Shown in pieces: positions 1 through 8,231 of a DNA stretch of 64,000 nt. The notes under the pieces were generated by a model. It had not been told where the DNA came from, ran no database searches, and worked only from the letters and a program-made list of their open reading frames with translations. Every line of letters begins with the position of its first letter. Position 1 is the stretch's first letter. Source of the stretch: an uncultured Acidobacteriaceae bacterium (GTDB lineage Bacteria; Acidobacteriota; Terriglobia; Terriglobales; Acidobacteriaceae); contig CAVUWQ010000022.1 in the NCBI GenBank assembly GCA_963745105.1, positions 99,366 to 163,365 on the forward strand, given 5' to 3'. Made by a program: the position numbers and the translations under genes.

Positions 1-189
1 GCCCGGAGTCGGCCTCGCTCCACCCCCGCCCGGCTTCTGCCCATCCGGCCTCGCTCCGCCTGGAGCTCCGCCTGGAGCCCCGCCCGGCTTTGCATTCTGT
101 GGGGGCTGATTCTGCGACAGCGCTGGCAAAGTAGCCGCCAGGCCTAGGAACAATACTCCTCGAAATATCCGCGTGTACCAGCTTTTCAT
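1..189 (-). CDS. secreted Gly/Pro-rich protein, N-terminal part only (gene runs off the left edge)
   Basis: Not in the ORF track because no stop lies in the window. Reverse-strand ATG at 189-187 with GGAGAGG 5 nt upstream. Translation MKSWYTRIFRGVLFLGLAATLPALSQNQPPQNAKPGGAPGGAPGG... has a signal-peptide-like start and stays open to position 1. Same strand as, and directly downstream of, the sigma/TonB-like pair. Confidence 0.45.
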   Translation of the reverse strand, partial: MKSWYTRIFRGVLFLGLAATLPALSQNQPPQNAKPGGAPGGAPGGARPDGQKPGGGGARPTPG

Positions 190-323
190 GGAAGTCCTCT
201 CCGCAAGTCGCCTGCCGCGCAAGCTTACGTCCGCAGCCATGCGGACGCAACCATTTCTTCCTGCTGAGTGGACCATCCATTTTTATCGATCACAAATTCA
301 TCGCCCCCGGTAAGTGAGAACCA

Positions 324-1283
324 TCACAATATCCGGAAGTTCACCACCACGATCATCCGCACCGCCACCGGCCGTCCGTGATAGTACGCCGGCTTGAACT
401 TGTACTGCTTCACCGCTTCGATAGCCTTTTCATCCAGCCCCATGCCCAGTGGACGCTCAACGTAAATGTGCGTGGGGTCGCCATGCTCATCCACAATCAG
501 GCCAACCAGACAGACACCGGTAAACTTCGCCCGCCGCGCTTCATCGGAAAATTCCGGGTCGACCGAATAAATCACCACCGGCGGCGTCACGCCCGCGCCC
601 ACCCCCATCACCCCGCCGCCGTAGTCTCCACCCTCGCCCGGACCAATCCCGTTCCCATCGCCTGACCCCATGCCGCCGTGCTTCCCGCTGCCGAAACCCG
701 AACCGCTCCCCGGCCCCTGCGAAGCCAGCGCAACCTGCGGCGATTGCGGTAAACCCACATCCGGCATATTCGCGTCCGGCAGCTTCATCGCCGGCATCAC
801 CACCGTCGCCTCCACCGGCAGCTTCGGAGCCTCATTGCGGATAGTCTGCGGAGGCGTAATCTGCTTGTCGGCAAACTTCGGCAGATGGCCCTTCGAGGCC
901 TCCACGATATCGTGCGCACCACCGCCGCCTCCGCCACCCGCCGCCTCTTTCCCCGGAGCAGTCATCGGAATGAACGGCCTCACCTCGATCGGCGTCACCG
1001 CCGCACGCTTGGGCTCCACAATCTCCTTGCCGCCCGCAAAGACCACCAGCGCAATCAGCGCCAGAGCCGAAGCATGCGCGCCAATCGACCACAGGCTCAT
1101 CCACGCATTGCGCACGCCCAGATTGAGAGGACCGAACGTCGGCACCGCCCGCTCCGCCTCCACACGCAGCAGTCGCTCCTCAACGCGCGTCATCAGGCTC
1201 GCCGGAGCCGGCTGCCGCGCCAGCGCGGTATACAGCGCCTGATCCAGCTCGGCATCGAATTCGTATATTTCTCGCTCGTTCAT
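324..1283 (-). CDS. membrane protein with C-terminal TonB domain; candidate anti-sigma partner of the upstream ECF sigma
   Basis: 319 aa ORF. Cytoplasmic N-terminus, one TM (WSIGAHASALALIALVVFAGG), Gly-rich linker, then a TonB_C-like end (PPVVIYSVDPEFSDEARRAKFTGVCLVGLIVDEHGDP...KFKPAYYHGRPVAV). It starts 21 nt after the sigma gene stop. Confidence 0.7.
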   Translation of the reverse strand: MNEREIYEFDAELDQALYTALARQPAPASLMTRVEERLLRVEAERAVPTFGPLNLGVRNAWMSLWSIGAHASALALIALVVFAGGKEIVEPKRAAVTPIEVRPFIPMTAPGKEAAGGGGGGGAHDIVEASKGHLPKFADKQITPPQTIRNEAPKLPVEATVVMPAMKLPDANMPDVGLPQSPQVALASQGPGSGSGFGSGKHGGMGSGDGNGIGPGEGGDYGGGVMGVGAGVTPPVVIYSVDPEFSDEARRAKFTGVCLVGLIVDEHGDPTHIYVERPLGMGLDEKAIEAVKQYKFKPAYYHGRPVAVRMIVVVNFRIL

Positions 1284-1304
1284 CTTCTGCCTCGCATTTT
1301 CACT

Positions 1305-1883
1305 TCAGCGCTCCGGTCTCACGCAGGCGCGCCCAGCCTTCTCGCGCAGCAAACGCAGACTCCTCTGCAGATGGCTCTTCACCGTCGCCACCGGCATGCC
1401 CAGCACATTGCCGATCTCATCTGGACTCAAATCTTCCTGGTAGCGCAGCACCAGCACTGATCGCGGCACCGCCGGCAGCGAGCTCACCAGCTGCTGCAGC
1501 TGCGCGCCGAACGGCGCGTCTTCATCGATCGCCACATCACCCGCCGCACCGGGAATCTCCGGCAGCTCGTTCCAGTCCATCGCAACCTCAGGCCGCCGCT
1601 CCCGCCGCCGCACCAGGTCGATCGCGCGATGCACCGTCACCCGCCGCAGCCAGTACAGAACATGCTCGTCCGAAGCCAGCTCGCCCAGCTTTGCATGCAG
1701 ATCCAGGAAGACATCCTGCGCCGCCTCCTCAGCCGCCGAGCGATCGCCAAGGATGCGGAGTGCAATGCTGAAGACCATCGACTGATGGTCCAGCATCAGA
1801 TTGCGAAACCGCGCTTCGTCTGGATATCTCGCTGTCACGTCGCCATCGGAGCCCATCGGAGAATCGATCCGATTAGCCCTCAC
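1305..1883 (-). CDS. ECF-type RNA polymerase sigma-70 family factor
   Basis: 192 aa. Region 2 (VFSIALRILGDRSAAEEAAQDVFLDL) and region 4 HTH (LRYQEDLSPDEIGNVLGMPVATVKSHLQRS) motifs. The exact start is uncertain. Confidence 0.85.
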   Translation of the reverse strand: MRANRIDSPMGSDGDVTARYPDEARFRNLMLDHQSMVFSIALRILGDRSAAEEAAQDVFLDLHAKLGELASDEHVLYWLRRVTVHRAIDLVRRRERRPEVAMDWNELPEIPGAAGDVAIDEDAPFGAQLQQLVSSLPAVPRSVLVLRYQEDLSPDEIGNVLGMPVATVKSHLQRSLRLLREKAGRACVRPER

Positions 1884-1990
1884 TCACCTATACGAAGAGT
1901 CGGACGGCGCGGAATGCAGAATGTTTGAGACCGGCGGAGGCATTTGCTAATTGAATGGAGAGATTTCGATAATGGGATATACTTTGGCAT

Positions 1991-2236
1991 ATGCCAAAAG
2001 AATTATCCAAACCCCGAATCGCCAAGGTTTTTATGAACAATCGCAGCCAGGCGGTGCGGCTTCCGAAAGATTTCCAGGTCAGTTCGGCCGAAGTCTACAT
2101 TCGGAAGGAAGGCAACGACATCGTCCTGTCGCCCCGGCCCGGCAACTGGAGTACCTATCTCGCGGAAGAGTCGGTCGCGTCGGCCTCTTTTATGGCGGAT
2201 GTAGATGATCTGCCGGTGCAGGAACGTGAGCTCTGA
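1991..2236 (+). CDS. vapB: type II antitoxin, VapB (AbrB/SpoVT fold)
   Basis: 81 aa with IAKVFMNNRSQAVRLPKDF, the typical VapB/AbrB N-terminal strand motif. Its stop overlaps the vapC start (TGATG). Confidence 0.8.
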   Translation: MPKELSKPRIAKVFMNNRSQAVRLPKDFQVSSAEVYIRKEGNDIVLSPRPGNWSTYLAEESVASASFMADVDDLPVQEREL

Positions 2237-2646
2237 TGCCACGCTTCATGCTCGATACCGACACCTGCTCCTACATCATGAAGCGATCGCACGCGAATGT
2301 CCTGAGCAGGCTGGCCAGCACAACAGTGGAGGATGTCTGCATTTCGGTCATCACGCACTCCGAGCTTGCCTATGGGGTTGAAGTCTCACCACGAAAGAAG
2401 CAGGATGAAGCGGCGCTACAGGGCCTTCTCCGCTATCTCGACGTCTTGGATTTTCCCGCGAACGCGTCTTCGCACTATGCCTCGATTCGAGCAGCGCTGA
2501 AGCATCGCGGCGAAATGATCGGAGCGAACGACCTGTTAATTGCGGCCCATGCGCGATCCCTGAACCTGACGCTGGTGACAAATAACGTGCGCGAGTTTCG
2601 CCGCGTGCGCGGACTTGTACTGGAAAATTGGACGCTCGACCGCTAG
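2236..2646 (+). CDS. vapC: type II toxin, PIN-domain ribonuclease VapC
   Basis: 136 aa. FMLDTDTCSYIMK... start (PIN acidic residue), internal SELAYG and NDLLIAAHA, and a C-terminal LVTNNVREF motif. Confidence 0.85.
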   Translation: MPRFMLDTDTCSYIMKRSHANVLSRLASTTVEDVCISVITHSELAYGVEVSPRKKQDEAALQGLLRYLDVLDFPANASSHYASIRAALKHRGEMIGANDLLIAAHARSLNLTLVTNNVREFRRVRGLVLENWTLDR

Positions 2647-2665
2647 GCAGCGGTGCCCACATTTC

Positions 2666-2929
2666 TCAGATCCCGGCGCGAAACAGCAGCCGCTGGTTGT
2701 AGCGATGCGTAGCCCAGGCGCCCCAGACCATCGAAATCGGCCAGATCAGAAACCCCGCATGCCCCAGCGTAATGATGAACGCCGGAATGGAAAGCGCAAT
2801 CATCACCAGAGCTCCCCAGATCGTGCTATAAAGCATCCCCAGCGGCCCCAGAAAGAACGTAAGCACCAGCGACAGGGCAACACTCTTGGTGCGGGCAACA
2901 ATAACCGGCTGAATGGGAATCTGGCTCAT
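2666..2929 (-). CDS. small integral membrane protein (2-3 TM), unknown function
   Basis: The track ORF extends to 3004. The ATG at 2929 has GAGGA 7 nt upstream. The 87 aa product is almost entirely hydrophobic (VALSLVLTFFLGPLGMLYSTIWGALVMIALSIPAFIITLG...). Confidence 0.5.
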   Translation of the reverse strand: MSQIPIQPVIVARTKSVALSLVLTFFLGPLGMLYSTIWGALVMIALSIPAFIITLGHAGFLIWPISMVWGAWATHRYNQRLLFRAGI

Positions 2930-3090
2930 GAGAATGTCCTCGGGTAACAACCATAAGAATAGCGCCACGCCCGCAAGGATGGCTCGCCCGCGGGGCTTGC
3001 TCACCGTTTTATCACCAGCCGGCTCACGGCTGACCGGACCATGGCTGGCCGCCCCTTAGCTGCTAGTCAAGCTGATAACCTGAAAAAGCA

Positions 3091-4374
3091 ATGAGCACCC
3101 TGAAAGCCGTACGCGGCACCCGCGACCTCCTGCCGCCCGAAACAGAACTCTGGAACCACGTCGAAGCCACCGCCCGCCGCCTCTTCGCCCGCTACAACTT
3201 CGGCGAAATCCGCACTCCCATCTTCGAAGACACCAGCCTCTTCGCCCGCGGCGTCGGTGAAGAAACCGATATCGTCTCGAAAGAGATGTACACCTGGGAA
3301 GATCGCGCCCGCGCGCAGTCGGAGAAAGCCCAGTCCCTCACCCTCCGCCCCGAAAACACCGCCGGAGTCGTCCGCGCCTACATCGAGCACAAGCTGGGAG
3401 ACACCGGCCTGCTGCAAAAGCTCTTCTACATCGGCCCGCAGTTCCGCCGCGAGCGCCCGCAGAAGGGCCGCTACCGCCAGTTCTGGCAGATCGGCGCCGA
3501 GGTCATCGGACCCATCAGCGCAGGATCGGAGTCACCGCTGCGCGATGCCGAGGTCCTCGAGATGCTAGCCACGTTCCTCGATGAGCTGGGCATTCAAGGC
3601 TGGCATCTCGACATCAACTCCGTCGGATCGGCCACCGATCGCCCTCGCTACGTAGCCGCGCTACGCGAAGCACTGGCGCCCGTGAAGCACCTCATGTGCG
3701 AGGACAACCAGCGCCGCGCCGAGACCAACCCGCTGCGCGTGCTCGACTCCAAAGACGAGAACGATCAGGAGATCATCAACAATCTCCCGAAGATAGCCGA
3801 CTACCTCGACGACGCCTCCAAGGCCCACTTCGCCGCCGTACTCGCCGCGCTCGACGCCTGCGGCGTGCCCTACCACGTGAATCCAAGACTCGTCCGCGGC
3901 CTCGACTACTACACCCGCACCACCTTCGAATTCACCCACGGCGGATTAGGCGCGCAGAACGCCCTCCTCGGCGGAGGCCGCTACGACGGCCTCTCCGAAA
4001 ACATAGGAGGCCCCAAAGCCCCCGGCATAGGCTTCGCCATGGGCGAAGACCGCCTCATCCTCACCCTGCAGGCCGCACAGCAGCAGAACGCCACACTGGC
4101 CGACTACTTCATAGCCCCATTGTCCCCAGACCAAAACCCAGCCGCCCTAGAGCTAGCCCGCGAACTACGCCGCAAAGGGCTACAAGTAGAGCTGGGCGAC
4201 GGCAGCTTCAGGCTGAAAAAGTCGTTTGAGATGGCCAACAAGCTGGCAAAGAAAATTATCCTTTTAGGCGAGGACGAGGTAAAAACTGGCACGCTAACCG
4301 TGAAAGATTTTGCGAGCGGTGAGCAAACGAAGATTTCCCGTGACGAAGCCGGAAAAGCTAAGCTGCGAAATTAA
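3091..4374 (+). CDS. hisS: histidine--tRNA ligase
   Basis: 427 aa. Class II aaRS motifs: KAVRGTRDLLP, RPENTAGVVRAY, FYIGPQFRRERPQKGRYRQFWQ, GGGRYDGL. Confidence 0.95.
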   Translation: MSTLKAVRGTRDLLPPETELWNHVEATARRLFARYNFGEIRTPIFEDTSLFARGVGEETDIVSKEMYTWEDRARAQSEKAQSLTLRPENTAGVVRAYIEHKLGDTGLLQKLFYIGPQFRRERPQKGRYRQFWQIGAEVIGPISAGSESPLRDAEVLEMLATFLDELGIQGWHLDINSVGSATDRPRYVAALREALAPVKHLMCEDNQRRAETNPLRVLDSKDENDQEIINNLPKIADYLDDASKAHFAAVLAALDACGVPYHVNPRLVRGLDYYTRTTFEFTHGGLGAQNALLGGGRYDGLSENIGGPKAPGIGFAMGEDRLILTLQAAQQQNATLADYFIAPLSPDQNPAALELARELRRKGLQVELGDGSFRLKKSFEMANKLAKKIILLGEDEVKTGTLTVKDFASGEQTKISRDEAGKAKLRN

Positions 4375-4832
4375 CCTTTCGATCTAGCAGCGTAAGCGCG
4401 AAGCCAAGCCTGAAGAAGTACTTCTGCCTCTTCAGCACGGCCGGTCTGAGGCCAGCTTTGTTGAAACGCCGCGATGAAAGCGTCGGAAGATCGCCGAAGG
4501 CGCTCCCATTGTGTATCCACAAGCAACTCATTCGGATCTAACGTTGCTGAAGGTGAAGAGCAAAAACCTTCATAGTCATCTCGGAATCGAGAAACGGCAA
4601 CACATTGCTGTTGCGTAAAGGTTGTCGCAAAGGCCTCGATAAAACCGTCGAGGACGTAATCATCAACAGTATTTATCAGTTCATCGGGATGCTCCCAGAT
4701 GTTCCAGGTTCTGGTAGACCACCGCTCCTTTTGCATCTCTCTGTCAGAAATGCCTCCAGCTACCTCTAGCAGGTTGGAGACCCACTTCAGCGGTGTTATC
4801 GGCGGGATGTCCTGCTTTGGCATGATGAGCAA
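4371..4832 (-). CDS. hypothetical protein (low-GC islet)
   Basis: 153 aa ORF, no motif I recognise. GC is visibly low (26/60 in 4621-4680). Its stop overlaps the hisS stop by 4 nt (TTAA), convergently. An alternative start is at 4823. Confidence 0.45.
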   Translation of the reverse strand: MLIMPKQDIPPITPLKWVSNLLEVAGGISDREMQKERWSTRTWNIWEHPDELINTVDDYVLDGFIEAFATTFTQQQCVAVSRFRDDYEGFCSSPSATLDPNELLVDTQWERLRRSSDAFIAAFQQSWPQTGRAEEAEVLLQAWLRAYAARSKG

Positions 4833-4874
4833 CGATAGTAATTTTTTGATTTGAACGCTAGGTGGGAGATTGCT

Positions 4875-5042
4875 TTAAGAAGCAGCTTCAGATTCGATGT
4901 TTCGTGCCCATGAGATTGCCGACTCCAACTCCCGCTCTTCAATGCCGATCTGTTCCAGCTTCACACGCACACAGTCAGCGGGCCCCGGCTGTTGCAGATT
5001 AAGTGCGACGTCTTTATCCGCAGATGTCTTTCTTTCTTGCAT
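4875..5042 (-). CDS. possible small ORF (55 aa) upstream of the 153-aa gene
   Basis: Below the ORF-track cutoff; hand translation gives MQERKTSADKDVALNLQQPGPADCVRVKLEQIGIEERELESAISWARNIESEAAS. It is 43 nt upstream of, and co-oriented with, 4371..4832. No homology recognised. Confidence 0.25.
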   Translation of the reverse strand: MQERKTSADKDVALNLQQPGPADCVRVKLEQIGIEERELESAISWARNIESEAAS

Positions 5043-5202
5043 CGCTCAAGTTTAGAGGAAGGAACAACCGCATAGTAACTGAAGACGGAATGTGTAATAC
5101 GCGTCCATGTGTGACCGCGAAGATTCGAGGTTTCCGATGACGAGTCAATTGAAACCGTCCTTCAACCTCTAATTCCCGCAAGATCATTACAATAGAAACA
5201 CT

Positions 5203-7074
5203 GTGACACTCGATTTTCTAGGCACCCTCCAACGCACGCACACCTGTGGAGAGCTCCGCGCATCCGACGCGGGCAAGTCTGTTGTTCTGCTCGGCTGGGT
5301 AAACCGCCGCCGCGACCACGGCAACCTCATCTTCCTCGATCTCCGCGACCGCTACGGCATCTCGCAGATTGTCCTCGATAAGGACCTCGCGCCCGAAGGT
5401 CACGCCAAGGCGGAACAGGCGCGGCCCGAGTACGTCGTCGCCGCCATCGGCAAGGTCCGCCTGCGTGGAGAAGGCGTCATCAATCCCAAGATGCCCACAG
5501 GCGAAATCGAGATCGTCGCCGACGAGCTGCGCATCCTCAACGACGCCAAGGTCCCGCCCTTCTCGCCGGCCGAAGACGCCATCACGAATGAAGAGGTGCG
5601 CCTCAAGTACCGCTACCTCGACCTGCGCCGCCCCGAGATGCAGCACAACTTCGAGGTCCGCCACAAGGTCGCGCTCGCCGTCCGCGAATACCTGTCGAGC
5701 CAGGGCTTCTACGAAATTGAAACCCCCTTCATGACGCGGTCTACGCCTGAAGGCGCGCGCGACTACCTCGTCCCCAGCCGCGTCCATCCCGGCAACTTCT
5801 ACGCACTCCCGCAGTCGCCGCAGCTCTTCAAACAGATCCTCATGATCTCCGGCATGGATCGCTACTTCCAAATCGCGCGCTGCTTCCGCGACGAAGACCT
5901 CCGCGCTGACCGCCAGCCCGAGTTCACGCAGATCGATCTCGAAATCACCTTCCCGCAGCAGGAGACCGTCTTCCGCATCGTCGAAGGCTTCCTCTCCGCG
6001 GCCTTCAAGGCCGTCGGCATCACCCTGCCCACGCCTTTCCCGCAGATCACCTACGACGAGGCCATGCGCAACTACGGCATCGACAAGCCCGACCTGCGCC
6101 TGCCCGGCCTCACCGACGTGAAGTCCGCATTCACCACGGAAAACCTGGCCGCGCTGCAGATCGACGCCAACCTGCCCGTCATCGCCCTGCGCATTCCGAA
6201 AGTAGGCGAGCTCTCGCGCAAGGATCGCGACGACAACAAGCCGCTCTTCGACACGCGCAAAGGCGCGAAGTACATCGACGATCTCAAGCGCCTCGAAAAG
6301 GGCTTCCCTGAAGCCGCAGCCAAAGTCCGCGAACTGGCCAGCTCTGAAACAGACGACCTGCTCATCATCGTCGCCGGAGACGCCGCCACACACATCGACG
6401 CGTCCGATACCAAGACCACCGGTCGCCTCTCCGAACGCGAAATCGCGATCTACTCTGCCGCCGGGAACTTCCGCGTCGAACTGGCAAAGAAATACGCTGA
6501 CCGTCACGGAGCCTTCGCCGTCACTGATGCTGTCGTCAATTCACCGGAACGCGATACCGGCCTGGCCGATGGTTCCCAGGCATTCCGCCCCATCTGGGTC
6601 ACCGACTTCCCCATGTTCGAGCACGACGAAGAGACCGGCAAGTGGATGCCCTCGCACCACCCCTTCACCTCGCCGCATGAAGAGGACATGGACCGCCTCG
6701 TCTCCGACCCCGCTTCGGTGCGCGCCCGCTACTACGACGTAGCCATGAACGGCCTCGAGCTCGGCTCCGGCTCCATCCGTATCCACCAGCAGCATGTGCA
6801 GCAGGAAATCTTCCGCGCCTTAGGCATGTCCGACGAAGAAGCCAAGTCCCGCTTCGGCTTTTTCCTCGACGCCCTGCAGTACGGAACACCGCCCCACGGA
6901 GGAATCGCGCTAGGCCTCGACAGAATTGTGATGATCCTCGCCGGAGCCAACAGCCTGCGAGAAGTCATAGCCTTCCCCAAAACAGCCAAAGCCATCGACC
7001 TAATGGTAGACGCGCCAACCCCAGTGAGCGATGTGCAGTTGAGGGAGTTGCATATCAAGCCAACGAAGAGCTAA
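5203..7074 (+). CDS. aspS: aspartate--tRNA ligase (bacterial type with GAD insertion)
   Basis: 623 aa, GTG start. LLGWVNRRRDHGNLIFLDLRDRYG (OB fold), FYALPQSPQLFKQ, QIARCFRDEDLRADRQPEFTQID, GSGSIRIH, GGIALGLDR. Confidence 0.95.
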   Translation: MTLDFLGTLQRTHTCGELRASDAGKSVVLLGWVNRRRDHGNLIFLDLRDRYGISQIVLDKDLAPEGHAKAEQARPEYVVAAIGKVRLRGEGVINPKMPTGEIEIVADELRILNDAKVPPFSPAEDAITNEEVRLKYRYLDLRRPEMQHNFEVRHKVALAVREYLSSQGFYEIETPFMTRSTPEGARDYLVPSRVHPGNFYALPQSPQLFKQILMISGMDRYFQIARCFRDEDLRADRQPEFTQIDLEITFPQQETVFRIVEGFLSAAFKAVGITLPTPFPQITYDEAMRNYGIDKPDLRLPGLTDVKSAFTTENLAALQIDANLPVIALRIPKVGELSRKDRDDNKPLFDTRKGAKYIDDLKRLEKGFPEAAAKVRELASSETDDLLIIVAGDAATHIDASDTKTTGRLSEREIAIYSAAGNFRVELAKKYADRHGAFAVTDAVVNSPERDTGLADGSQAFRPIWVTDFPMFEHDEETGKWMPSHHPFTSPHEEDMDRLVSDPASVRARYYDVAMNGLELGSGSIRIHQQHVQQEIFRALGMSDEEAKSRFGFFLDALQYGTPPHGGIALGLDRIVMILAGANSLREVIAFPKTAKAIDLMVDAPTPVSDVQLRELHIKPTKS

Positions 7075-7079
7075 GAGCA

Positions 7080-7297
7080 GCTAAAGTCCGGGTCGCTAAA
7101 GTCCGGGTCGCTGATAAAGCGGGTGGCTAAGAGACGGGACGCAAAAGCCGCGTCCGCTTTGGGCTTTCAAAGTTAATCTGTACTTTGGCCTGGACGGTCC
7201 GCAAGCACGCTAGGAATAAGCGGTCCGCTCCTAAGCGATCCGAATTTAAGCCACCCGCTTTATCAGCGACCCGGACTTTAGCGACCCGCACTTCAGC
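7080..7297. repeat. large inverted repeat built from ~15-nt tandem units, between convergent aspS and the OMP gene
   Basis: Left arm 7080-7129 and the reverse complement of 7248-7297 match at 47/50 positions by my count. The left arm starts with a perfect tandem gctaaagtccgggtc x2, followed by degenerate 15-16-nt units. A short hairpin gcagcgcc-gca-ggcgctgc at 7300-7318 abuts the OMP stop. Confidence 0.8.
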
Positions 7298-7318
7298 CAG
7301 CAGCGCCGCAGGCGCTGC

Positions 7319-8023
7319 CTACTTCGTCAAACTCCCCAACTTATAAACAATCCCCACCGAGCCCGCGAACTCATTCTGGTTCGTGTAGCCGTACCGCGTC
7401 TCCTGCCAGTCGCCAATCGCGCGCACTGCAAGCCGCGGAGACAGGTTGTAGTCGTACCATCCGCCTACAGCAGAGCCGAAGGCCAGCTTGTTGTTATACA
7501 CGCCAACCAGATTCGGCTGCACTCCGGAAGGGAAGTCCGTATCGAAGGAGCCATACGCAGCGCCAATGAGCACATGCATGCCGGCCGCATAATTCCGCCT
7601 CCGGATGAACCGGAAGTTCGGCCCGAACAGAAACAGGTGTTCCGACATTTTTGGATTGGTAATGTTGTACTGGTTCGACGGCAGATCGATCGTCCCATAC
7701 AGACCGCGCACGCTCGCTTCGATGCCCCAGATGGGACGGAAATAGCCGATCGCCGAACCGTTCCACCCCAGCAGGTTGATCGCCGGAACGTTCCGGCCCG
7801 GGCTGGGATTGAAGTGCGAATACTGCGCGCCGCCATAGACGTCCCAGCGATTCGTGTACTGAGCCTGTTCAGTTACGGGAGCAGTCGCCGTCACCTGGGC
7901 GTGCGCCGCAGCGGCTGAAAAAGAAAGAGCTGACACAGACAGAGCAGCAAGAAGACGGACAACGGCTTTCACGCGAATCCTGAACCTCACACAATCAAGC
8001 GATCGGCGGATCAAGACCGCCAA
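7319..8023 (-). CDS. outer-membrane beta-barrel (OmpA-like/porin family) protein
   Basis: 234 aa. Signal peptide ending AAAAHAQ, then alternating aromatic/Gly beta-strand pattern (YGGAQYSHF, AIGYFRPIWGIEAS, GGWYDYNL). An alternative GTG start lies at 7972. Confidence 0.65.
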   Translation of the reverse strand: MAVLIRRSLDCVRFRIRVKAVVRLLAALSVSALSFSAAAAHAQVTATAPVTEQAQYTNRWDVYGGAQYSHFNPSPGRNVPAINLLGWNGSAIGYFRPIWGIEASVRGLYGTIDLPSNQYNITNPKMSEHLFLFGPNFRFIRRRNYAAGMHVLIGAAYGSFDTDFPSGVQPNLVGVYNNKLAFGSAVGGWYDYNLSPRLAVRAIGDWQETRYGYTNQNEFAGSVGIVYKLGSLTK

Positions 8024-8103
8024 ACTTCACGATACATGATTGGACGGAGCCAGCGAAGGATAGGGCAGCAGGACGCAGCTAAGATCCCGTAAGCGGAACG
8101 GCG

Positions 8104-8231
8104 GTGAGCGATAAGCTGGTCAGCCAAGAAGCGGCTGGCAAAACTGCGGCCGGTCGAAATACCGCTGACCGCTTCTTAGCTGACCGGACTTTAGCTGGCA
8201 GGCACTTGGCTGACCGCTTCACCAGCTACAG
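8104..8231. repeat. second array of related ~15-nt units with internal inverted repeat
   Basis: Units such as gcttcttagctgacc / ggactttagctggca / ggcacttggctgacc. The 12-mer ccggactttagc is shared with the 7.1-7.3 kb array. Internal inverted repeat: 8119-8135 vs 8169-8185, 16/17. The 88-aa track ORF 8104..8370 reads through the repeat. Confidence 0.7.

Noticed and set aside
5218-6507. 429-aa ORF antisense to aspS. Similar long antisense or alternative-frame ORFs: 13691..15127, 19668..20996, 22291..23280, 37050..38069, 41973..43238, 47612..48655, 59336..60742.
   Set aside because: Each lies fully inside a gene with unmistakable family motifs on the other strand. Their translations are Arg/Gly/Ala/Asp-rich low-complexity strings, typical of stop-poor frames in high-GC DNA.
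7080-8231. CRISPR array
   Set aside because: The units are ~15 nt and directly abutting, with no spacers, and they are arranged as an inverted repeat. No cas genes are present. This is not a CRISPR.
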